The notes under the pieces: model-generated
What the model was told of the DNA's origin: nothing
The model's database searches: none
Seen by the model: the letters and a program-made list of their open reading frames with translations, nothing else
NCBI RefSeq assembly: GCF_006345805.1
Contig: NW_021828271.1
Coordinates: 1-8,948, forward strand
Length of the DNA: 8,948 nucleotides
Source: Octopus sinensis
Taxonomy: Eukaryota
Reading direction: 5' to 3'
Shown: piece after piece, positions 1 to 7,384 of the stretch
How the letters are laid out: each line of letters starts with the position of its first letter
Position numbering within the stretch: the stretch's first letter is position 1
Program-made: the position numbers and the translations under genes

Positions 1-69
1 CAAAAAACAATAATGAATACAGAAACATGAAATACAGAAGCATTAACGTGAAAACAACAAGTGTCTTAC

Positions 70-105
70 GACTGATAACAAGCAAACAAATTTTCTCTGG
101 CGCAT
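70..105 (-). CDS. Candidate first coding exon (MRQRKFVCLLSV, phase-0 donor); speculative
   Basis: Minus strand reads CCAAAATG (ATG at 105-103), 12 codons, then GTAAGA (69-64) and T-rich intron-like sequence. It lies in a CpG-containing non-repetitive island downstream of an E-box. No homology recognised. Confidence 0.2.
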
Positions 106-202
106 TTTGGAAAGAGCCTTATCGGCGATGCCTTGGCGGCGGACGAAAAACAACGATGTTAACCGTCGCTGGTGGAAGCTGAGAGGCAGATTTCGGCCAG
201 CG

Positions 203-212
203 GTCACGTGAC
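203..212. promoter_or_regulatory. Palindromic extended E-box GTCACGTGAC (CLEAR / MiT-TFE / USF-type site)
   Basis: Exact 10-bp palindrome matching the CLEAR consensus, at the edge of a CpG-containing island. Function is not shown. Confidence 0.3.
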
Positions 213-503
213 AGAGAAGAGAGAAAAGAAAAGAAAGAGAAGCAAAGAAGGAAGAGAGAAGAGAGAGAGAGAGAGAGAGGGACAAACGCAACAAGGGGAG
301 AGAAGAGAGAGAAAGAGAATCAGAGAGGAGAAGGGATGGGTGTCGAAGATTGACCTGTGAGTGCAGAGCGAGACAAAGAAATGGAAGGGTAGGGGAAGAG
401 TAGACCAAAGAATCAGAGGAAAGAGAAGAAAAAGAGGATGAGTAGAGAGAAAAGAGAGAAGGGGACAGATCAAGTAAAAGTGAGAGAGAGAGAGACAACA
501 GAG
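213..503. repeat. GA-rich polypurine low-complexity tract with (GA)n runs
   Basis: Mostly A/G on the + strand, with (GA)n runs around 255-280 and 482-495. Confidence 0.9.
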
Positions 504-504
504 A

Positions 505-732
505 GTCGTACCATTTTTAAGAATATGTGCTCACATTAATGTTAAGAGGGTACGTAGCGCCTGAATATATATTAAGGTATGTAGAAAAATACAACATGGA
601 CAAGAACGTATAACTCTTAGAAGACGATACAATAAACACGGACAGGACATTCGAAACCCTCAGTCTTCAGTCAATAACCGGATCGTCGTAGTAATTTCGG
701 CTGATTAATCTTGAGATTACTAGATCACGGCC
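505..732 (-). mobile_element. Unclassified interspersed repeat fragment, possibly a Penelope-like terminal region
   Basis: Sits between GA and TA microsatellites. Minus strand has two hammerhead-core-like motifs (CUCAAGA..GAAA and CUGAAGA..GAAU-GUC). Shares the 11-mer TTTCGGCTGAT (695-705) with the hammerhead at 1282-1292. Confidence 0.35.
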
Positions 733-761
733 ATATATATATATATATATATATGTATATA
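733..761. repeat. (TA)n microsatellite
   Basis: Direct inspection. Confidence 0.95.
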
Positions 762-928
762 CTAGTGCTACGGAATTTAACGATTAATTAATCAATTAAT
801 CGTTAATTTAATTTAACGATTAAACTTTTATTAATCGGTTTCCAATTTCTACCCATCATTAATAAATGTGCCGTAAGTCGGGAAGCAATAGTAACAACAG
901 TAAAATGCCAGTGGAAGCGATTTGAGTT

Positions 929-1191
929 ATGAAATATAAACCTATATCATCAGGTCGATTACGTGAACATTTTGGATTTAAATTGTAGGCTGACGGTAAT
1001 ATCAAAACTGCTGATAACGTTTATTGCATCCATTGCGACAAATCGTTCGCATACCGTGTTTCTAACACATCGCTTACTTACCACCTTCAAACAAACACTC
1101 GCTACAGTATTCGAAACCTCAGTAAGCAAAGTCAGCTTCATTTAGTCATCTACAGGTAGCGTCATCTACCTCCAAGCAGACTACTTTGAGC
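929..1191 (+). pseudogene. hAT transposase N-terminal fragment (BED zinc finger)
   Basis: From ATG 929: MKYKPISSGRLREHFGFKL*ADGNIKTADNVYCIHCDKSFAYRVSNTSLTYHLQ, then a frameshift to KHSLQYSKPQ*...SKQTTL. This matches the BED pattern HF..CxxC..NTSxLxxHLxxKH. Stop at 986, frameshift near 1091. Confidence 0.85.
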
Positions 1192-1272
1192 CATACAGTT
1201 CTATTTAAGAGATGAGGAATTATGTACATTATTTACAATTGACAGATATTTGTCCTCATCTTGTTTGTTGCT

Positions 1273-1318
1273 AACACAACGTTTCGGCTGATATACCCTC
1301 CAGCCTTCGTCAGGTGTC
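1273..1318 (-). ncRNA. Minimal type I hammerhead ribozyme (Penelope-like-element type)
   Basis: Minus strand: GACAC-CUGACGA-A-GGCUG(GAGGGUAUAU)CAGCC-GAAA-CG-UU-GUGUU. All core nucleotides are present, with a 5-bp stem II, a 5-bp stem I (one G-U) and palindromic ACGU in place of stem III. Confidence 0.75.
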
Positions 1319-1366
1319 TTGGGGTAATTTCGTACCTGGGTTCTCATTCCTAAGGTATTTTTCGAT

Positions 1367-1397
1367 GCTGTTGTTGTTGTTATTATTATTATTATTA

Positions 1398-1455
<58 letters not shown>

Positions 1456-1470
1456 CATCATCATTATTAT
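1367..1470. repeat. (TGT)n/(TAT)n/(CAT)n trinucleotide microsatellite
   Basis: Direct inspection. Confidence 0.95.
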
Positions 1471-1510
1471 TCAGGTCACTGCCTGGAATCAGGTCATTGC
1501 CTGGTCTATT

Positions 1511-1853
1511 CATCCGGTGAGTGCTGTTGTACAACATGACCTTAAAATATCACTTGCAAACTGGACAGCTAATAGTGGTAGAAGAATATCGATAGTAGAT
1601 GATGATCTTCAGCAAGTATTGCGCACAGCACTTCAAAATACCGACTAAATAACTACCTTGCCAGTGCTCTATTGATAAAATGTTGGCTGATATTTATAAT
1701 AGCAAAAGAGAAAGTGTTAGAGAAGCAGTGAAAAATTCAAATGCAATTGCACTAACATCTGATTTTTGGACATCCCTTGATAATGAAAGTTATTGCGGAA
1801 TCACCAGCCATTCGATTGCAGATGACTGGAATTTTAGAGTTAAAGAATGCTGA
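1511..1853 (+). pseudogene. hAT transposase fragment (DNA-binding region and first catalytic Asp)
   Basis: HPVSAVVQHDLKISLANWTANSGRRISIVDDDLQQVLRTALQNTD*, then a frameshift to LPCQCSIDKMLADIYNSKRESVREAVKNSNAIALTSDFWTSLDNESYCGITSHSIADDWNF. This matches the hAT motif ALTxDxWTS..SYxxxTxHxI..W (Asp at 1761). The rest of the catalytic domain is missing. Confidence 0.9.
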
Positions 1854-2142
1854 TTTTATAGTTTTAAATTTTAAAGGGCCTAAAGGTAGCTGAAAGAATG
1901 TCGCGTATAATATTAAATATTCTATGACAATCTGAAAACAATAGAAACTTTTAAACGTTTACTGGTTTTTATGAAATGTTTGTGTTAAAGGACTCCTGTT
2001 AACGGAAGCTAAATATAACGGAAGTTAATTAGTCCGATAATGATGTTCAAAGTTAAATTAAAAGTTAAATCGTTAACGAAAATGTTAACTTCGTTCATTA
2101 ACGATTAACAGGTTAACAGACTTTCGCCTAGCTCTGAATATA

Positions 2143-2258
2143 TTTGATCGGCTTGAGACTATAGCATATAGATACTTAGTCAAGGTGCCACGCAATGGCA
2201 CTAAACCCTGAACCATATAGTTGGAAAGCAAGCTTCTTATCACACTGCCACGCTCACC
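2143..2258 (-). mobile_element. Degenerate, 3'-truncated tRNA-derived SINE
   Basis: Minus strand has A-box-like GTGGCAGTGTGA, B-box-like GGTTTAGTGCC and CORE-like CACCTTGACTAAGTATCT. It resembles my recollection of an abundant octopus SINE head and ends next to the hAT right terminus. Confidence 0.6.
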
Positions 2259-2268
2259 ATATTTAACA

Positions 2269-2279
2269 TTATATATGTT

Positions 2280-2317
<38 letters not shown>

Positions 2318-2355
2318 ATATATATATATTATATATAGTATATAATATATATATA
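2269..2355. repeat. Degenerate (TA)n microsatellite
   Basis: Direct inspection. Confidence 0.95.
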
Positions 2356-2451
2356 ATTTCAACAATTGAGGGCAAAATTAATTAATTATTAATCAATTCA
2401 CCAGTGTTCAGTAGCAAAGAGACCATTCAAGGCGAAATTTCCAATTATTAC

Positions 2452-2981
2452 ATTATATAAAAGGGCTTAGTAAAATAAATTACTTTGCGCATACTGAACT
2501 CATTAGAAATAGCAGCCAAAAACTTTTTTAAGGCTATTTCTAATACTTAAGAAAATCTCTCTCATATATAGTGTTTGCATAATTCACTCACAAAAGTTTG
2601 GGGGTAATGACATCGAAAAATCAAATGCTAAGGTTATTCGAGAACGTACGTTTCAAGATAGTCAAAACAACATTTCTATCATCGGCTCGGAAATTCCTTG
2701 GTTTGGATTTCAGTGTTTCCAAATCCAAACCAAGGAATTTCCGAGCCGATGATAGAAATGTGTTTTGACTAATCTTGAAACGTACGTTCTCGAATAACCT
2801 TAGCATTTGATTTTTCGATGTCATTACCCCCAAACTTTTGTGAGTTGAATTATGCAAACACTAATATGAGAGAGATTTTCTTAAGTATTAGAAATAGCCT
2901 TAAAAAAGTTTTTTGGCTGCTATTTCTAATGAGTTCAGTATGCGGCAAAGTAATTTATTTTACTAAGCCCTTTTATATAAT
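2452..2981. repeat. Long inverted repeat (fold-back): 259/261-bp arms with a 10-nt spacer
   Basis: 2452-2710 is the reverse complement of 2721-2981, with spacer CAGTGTTTCC. By manual comparison the arms differ by six 1-nt indels and no substitutions. Confidence 0.97.
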
Positions 2982-3003
2982 ATATAGATATATATATATA
3001 TAA

Positions 3004-4247
3004 TTGCGTCATCCCTAAATAATGCAATTTTAATACTTTTCTTTTTTTAATCGGAAATACACTCTCCTTCATTTTCTCCAATGCTCTTCCATCTATCTAG
3101 TAGACTTGAAAAGCTCTTCTTCCAAAATTCCCTTGTACGTGACGAAAAATACTCCTCTTGTTCTGACCTCGTCTACAAAATTTATATTTTTTCCATCCAA
3201 ATACTTTTAAAGATTGCGGAATAAATGATAATGAAATGGAGCAATGTCCGGCAAATATGGTGGGTAGGGAATCGCTTCCCATTCAAACTGCTCTAACCTT
3301 TAGAATCTCATGCTGTATGTGGCCGAGCATTATCTTGATGGAAGAACATCTTTCGTCTTGAAACCAAACATGGTCGTTTTTCTTCTAGCGTTGACTTAAG
3401 CCGCTCAAGCTGCTTGCAGAAGATGTTTGTTATTGTTTGGTTTGGCTTTGAAACTTTCGAAGTGGACTAAACCTTTCATATCCCACCATACAGATACCAA
3501 CAACTTACATGGGGGAAGACCTTTTATAGGCTGGGTTGCCTGTGTTTCTCCATTCCCTACCCACTGTCTTCGGCGCCTGACATCTTTATAGAAAACCCAT
3601 TTCTCGTTACCAGTCACTATTCGCTCCAAAAAAGAATCATTCGTGTGACGTGACAGCAAAGAAAAGCACACATTCACTTTCTGCGCACGATTAGACTGGG
3701 AAAGTTTGTGAGGAACACATTGACCCAATTTGCTGACTTTTCCGATGGCACGCAGGTGTCGATTTATTGTTGAATGACCAAATCCAAACTTCTCAACTAG
3801 TTCGTCAATAGTTACGATGGTATTTTGCTCCTTCAGGATTTGCAGAACGTCCTCGTCGAACTCTACAGATCTTCCAGGACGAGGCTAGTCTTTCAAGGTA
3901 TAGTTTCTAGCTCGAAATTTCTGGAGCCACCGTTGACTCCACACTGACTTATGCTTATTGTTCAATACCATGTACTGCATTAATATTCCTCGCACTTCCC
4001 GTTGCGTTGTTTATTGAACTCATAAAGCAAAATATGCCGAATATGCTCCTTTGTCACCTCCATTATAGCTTTGAAAAAATGACGGTTAAAATCGAACAGC
4101 ACTCTTCAAAATTTGCACTAAGAATAAGTACAAGTTAAAATTAATACCTGCTTTTATAGCAAGTTGATGCAAGTAATTTATCCCATCCCTCTCCGACTTT
4201 TAGTTCATGCAATTGAAAAAAACCGCATTCTCTATGGGATGACCCAA
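3004..4247 (-). mobile_element. Near full-length inactive Tc1/mariner (mariner-type) transposon, ~1.24 kb
   Basis: Imperfect ~29-bp TIRs: TTGCGTCATCCCTAAATAATGCAATTTT (3004-3031) versus TTGGGTCATCCCATAGAGAATGCGGTTTT (reverse complement of 4219-4247). TA-rich flanks, with TA at 4248-4249. Transposase remnant inside. Confidence 0.95.
3047..4063 (-). pseudogene. Mariner transposase pseudogene
   Basis: Starts MEVTKEHIRHILLYEFNK. Motifs: CVPHKL (WVPHEL-like), IVTGNEKWVFY, SVWWD, FFHQDNARPHTA, PPYLPDIAPFHYHLF. Ends RWKSIGENEGECISD*. First and third catalytic Asp are mutated (D>N, D>H), and there are several stops and frameshifts. Confidence 0.95.
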
Positions 4248-4285
4248 TATATATGCATGTATTGATATGAGTATATGTATATGTA

Positions 4286-4327
4286 TCTTTCTCTCTCTGT
4301 ATATATATATAAATATATATATATATA

Positions 4328-4391
<64 letters not shown>

Positions 4392-4398
4392 CATACCT
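4286..4398. repeat. (TC)n/(TA)n/(TACA)n microsatellite
   Basis: Direct inspection. Confidence 0.95.
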
Positions 4399-4404
4399 AT
4401 GAGA

Positions 4405-4705
4405 AGGGGGCACATTCTGCTTAGGTTGTCGCATTCATGATCGCTAGATCTCGATTTCAGTTCCTAGACCGGTTGGTGCGTTTTGTCCTTGAACAAAAAC
4501 GCTTCATCTCACGTTGCTCTGCGATCACTGCAACACATGATACATGGTACACCGTGCAAACTATTCAGACAACATCGATTTGATGGAGAGATGTGTGAGC
4601 TAATGTGGGGCACGAACATTTGATCACTATAAACAAATCACTTGTGCAGGTCGTTCGGCAAAAGCTGAACTCCCATACGTCGTCTCCGGCGTGGGGGGGG
4701 GGGAT
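4405..4705 (+). mobile_element. Old, degenerate tRNA-derived SINE
   Basis: 4447-4519 (GATCTCGATTTCAGTTCCTAGACCGG..TGTCCTTGAACAAAAACGC..CACGTTGCTC) aligns by eye with the head and body of the minus-strand SINE at 6756-7056 (GATCGCGGGTTCGAGTCTCAGACCGG..TGTTTATGAGCGAAACAC..CACGAGGCTC). Ends are approximate. Confidence 0.6.
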
Positions 4706-4713
4706 GATCTATC

Positions 4714-4865
4714 GTATATTCACATATACACATGTATATATGTATACAGGTACATAGAGAGAGATAGAGAGAAAAAGAGAGACAGAGACAGAGACATACA
4801 TACACAGAAAAGCATACGCACACACATATCTTTATTTGCGATACCGTAAACATATATATATATTT
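4714..4865. repeat. Mixed (TA)/(GA)/(CA) simple repeats
   Basis: Direct inspection. Confidence 0.85.
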
Positions 4866-5009
4866 TTCAAGTATAGGTATCTCTGTCTCTTTCCAAGTGT
4901 ATACAGATATACATATGTGTTTCACTTTATGCGTGAGATACAATGGGATATTTATAGACGAGAGAATTTCCTCTTTGTCTTTATATTTTTCCTATGTCCT
5001 TTTTCAACA

Positions 5010-5080
5010 GTTATTATTGTTGTTGTTGTTGATGATGATATTGGTGATGGGAGTGACGGTGCTGGTGGTGGTGATGGTGG
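5010..5080. repeat. (TTA)/(TTG)/(TGA)/(TGG) trinucleotide low-complexity tract
   Basis: Direct inspection. Confidence 0.85.
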
Positions 5081-5207
5081 CCTATCTATTAATTGCACTC
5101 ACTTCTCAGTTCTGCCGTACATACCATCTGCCAATGGGCGCATGGCACGTACAATTTACTTTCAAACAGATTCAGTAAACACTGCACTGTCTTCGTGTAA
5201 AGACACC

Positions 5208-5539
5208 GAAAAACAACAGCCAAAAATAAATGAAAATAAAAAACCCAAAAAAACAAGCAAACAACATAATAAGACCCACATAATGAAGTAAGAACAAGAA
5301 CAAGAATAACAACAACAGCAAAATGTGGATCAACAACAGCAACAAAAACAACGGAGAACAAAAACAAAGAGAAAACAGCAACTGCTCTAACGACGAGATG
5401 AAGAAGAAAAACAATAAAAGAAAGAGTAACCAAAATAATAATAATGATAATAATAATAATAATACTAATACTACTACTACTACTACTAATAATAATAATC
5501 ATAATAATAATAATAACAATGGTAATAATAATAATGATG

Positions 5540-5577
<38 letters not shown>

Positions 5578-5620
5578 GCTGCTGCTACTACTACTACTAC
5601 TACTACTACTAATAATAATG

Positions 5621-5656
<36 letters not shown>

Positions 5657-5722
5657 GTGATAATAATAATAGCGATAATAAAAAGGTAAAATGCGAAAAT
5701 AAAAGTAAAATAAAGAAGAAAG
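5208..5722. repeat. A-rich low complexity plus compound (AAT)n/(ACT)n/(GCT)n microsatellite
   Basis: AAC/AAG-rich 5208-5433. Compound trinucleotide array 5434-5680. Confidence 0.95.
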
Positions 5723-6046
5723 AGTTTAAAGATCAAGTATAAATGTAGCAGAGCAAACCTTCGTGATTTATGTCAGAGCACCTGTTGTGATAATCGAGTA
5801 CTGAGTAACCTCAGAGGAACATCACATATTGTGTTCCGGGTGAGCGATTGGAATTACGGGGTGGATGACAATTACGACTTAGTTGAGAGTGCGGGCACAT
5901 CAATATACATTTCTATAGGTCTAACTGTGACTGGTAGCTTGATAAATGATTTATCAACTTATCTTACTTCTTCATATTGTCACGGTTTATACAAAACCAC
6001 TGATTAGGTACAAATACTTTTCATGCCTACACCATACGCCTGTTGC

Positions 6047-6500
6047 CGTGCGTATGCGTGCGCGTGGGAGTTGGATGAGTGTGTCTGTGCGTGTATGTGT
6101 GTGCTTGTGCGTGTGTGAGTTTGTGTATGTAATATATATGGATTATACGTTACATATGTATATGTACCCTATGTATATTTTTCTTTCTATAAATATATAT
6201 ACATGCACATCCATACATACATATATATATATATACATACATATATATATATATATAAATATATATATAAATATACATATATATACATATACCTATATAC
6301 ATACATATATTTATATTTATATAAATACATATATGTGCACATATATATGTATATATATATGTAAGCGTGTTTTTGTGTGTTTGAGTGTGTTTGTGTGTGT
6401 GTGCGTGTGCATCCCTGTGTACACGCGCAAACATACATACACACGTGTATCTATGTGTATGCGTGTATGCGTATGTGCGTGTGTATGCGGATGTATAAAT
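6047..6500. repeat. Compound (TG)/(TA)/(CA) alternating purine-pyrimidine microsatellite region
   Basis: Direct inspection. Confidence 0.9.
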
Positions 6501-6755
6501 CCATACTATACGACGACGTGTTTTGGAGACAATTTGAAATAATAAGATATTCCATATTGACAAACACACAATTTAATCCCGCTGTGTAAACAAATGAGCA
6601 ACAGTACATATTTTATTTCTTAGAATGTGGATGGCAGAAAACCGAATCAATTTGAATTGTTTCTGGTGTTGTTAGACCTCTATCATGTACAAATGTCCAA
6701 GTTCAGTCTATACGATACCGTAATATTAGCTCCTTAATATATCAACTTGACCTAT

Positions 6756-7056
6756 GTTTGTTCCTTCTCGAGCTATACCTGGCTCATACGAGCCGGTTTC
6801 CCGGTTTCTTTGGCGTATTGGTTCCCCACCTGGACGGGACGCCAGTCCGACGCAGGTGAGCTGTAAGATGCATGAGGAAAGAGTGTGAGAAAGTTGTGGC
6901 AATGAGTCAGCAGAAGTTCGCCATTACCTTCTGCTGGAGCCTCGTGGAGCTTAGGTGTTTCGCTCATAAACACACACATCGCCCGGTCTGAGACTCGAAC
7001 CCGCGATCCCTCGACCGCGAGTCCACTGCTTTAACCACTAGGCCATGTGTCTCCAC
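6756..7056 (-). mobile_element. Apparently full-length tRNA-derived SINE (~300 bp) with intact Pol III boxes
   Basis: A box TGGCCTAGTGG (7045-7035) and B box GGTTCGAGTCT (7001-6991). Internal 9-bp hairpin CAGCAGAAG/CTTCTGCTG (6908-6936), body motif GGACTGGCGTCCCGTCCAGG, short AAC-type tail. CpGs are retained. Confidence 0.88.
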
Positions 7057-7317
7057 AAAGTGTATGTGCTGTTATGCAAGTTTGACTGACTGGTTTACAT
7101 CTATTTGAGTTTGTATACCCAAGGCATAACTATAAACTAAACTTCCTTTCGGGGGACCAAAGAAGGGCTTCCTTCCTCTTATGAATCTCTGGCAAGAAAC
7201 TAATGAGAATGATCTCTTCCTTTTCTGTCCACAACAAGTGCTATCAGCATATAATGTATTTTTGTATACAGAGTAAATTTTATTTCTGTTTTGATATTTG
7301 ACTGTATATTTCAATAC

Positions 7318-7384
7318 GTGCGTGTACCTGTGAACATGTGTTTGTGTGTGTGCATATGTTTATGTATATATATATATATATATA
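7318..7384. repeat. (TG)/(TA) microsatellite
   Basis: Direct inspection. Confidence 0.9.

Larger units (their letters stand above)
1194..1504 (-). mobile_element. Short non-autonomous retroelement inserted into the hAT: (AAT)n linker plus hammerhead-bearing Penelope-like tail
   Basis: Splits two collinear hAT transposase fragments. Contains a (TAT)n tract, a hammerhead core (1273-1318), a 9-bp hairpin (1210-1218/1253-1261) and a 16-bp direct repeat at its right junction. Boundaries are approximate. Confidence 0.7.
763..2136 (+). mobile_element. Internally deleted hAT-superfamily DNA transposon (ZBED1/Ac-like), interrupted by a nested insertion
   Basis: Imperfect terminal inverted repeats: TAGTGCTA (763-770) versus CAGAGCTA (reverse complement of 2129-2136). 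Clustered TTAACG/CGTTAA/GTTAAC subterminal motifs at 777-825 and 1998-2118. Transposase remnants inside. No clean 8-bp TSD. Confidence 0.85.

Noticed and set aside
43-498. 151-aa, 89-aa and 62-aa ORFs over the GA tract
   Set aside because: S/L- or E/R/K-rich translations of a polypurine repeat. Only the 12 codons at 105-70 were kept as a speculative exon.
959-1145. Two 60-aa ORFs in the track
   Set aside because: These are off-frame or antisense to the real, interrupted BED-finger reading frame.
1201-1537. Poly-I, poly-N and poly-L ORFs
   Set aside because: Translations of the (TAT)n microsatellite.
2452-2981. MITE or Foldback transposon, CRISPR array or pre-miRNA interpretation of the palindrome
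   Set aside because: No TSD, and the repeat continues unmirrored to the left. There is no repeat-spacer periodicity, and the stem is far too long for a pre-miRNA. ORFs 2621-2857 and 2818-3003 have no recognisable motifs.
5090-5207. Unique island with acceptor-like TTCTCAG and small hairpins (TGCCA/TGGCA, TGTCTT/AAGACA)
   Set aside because: No convincing donor or recognisable peptide, and stems this short are expected by chance.
4836-5742. Long ORFs (151, 215 and 139 aa) and transmembrane-looking ORFs
   Set aside because: Open only because trinucleotide repeats lack stops in some frames. No domain signal.
5801-5837. Two adjacent hairpins CTGAG/CTCAG and GGAACA/TGTTCC
   Set aside because: No ribozyme or ncRNA core motif recognised, and 5-6-bp stems are not significant alone.
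5946-6589. 198-aa and overlapping Y/I/C/V-rich ORFs
   Set aside because: Translations of dinucleotide microsatellites.
6980-7056. tRNA gene
   Set aside because: A and B boxes are present, but there is no convincing acceptor stem or Pol III terminator, and the sequence continues into a SINE body.
7142-7180. Terminator-like UUCG hairpin (TTCCTTTCGGGGGA)
   Set aside because: Short, G-U-rich stem in a eukaryotic context with no supporting features.
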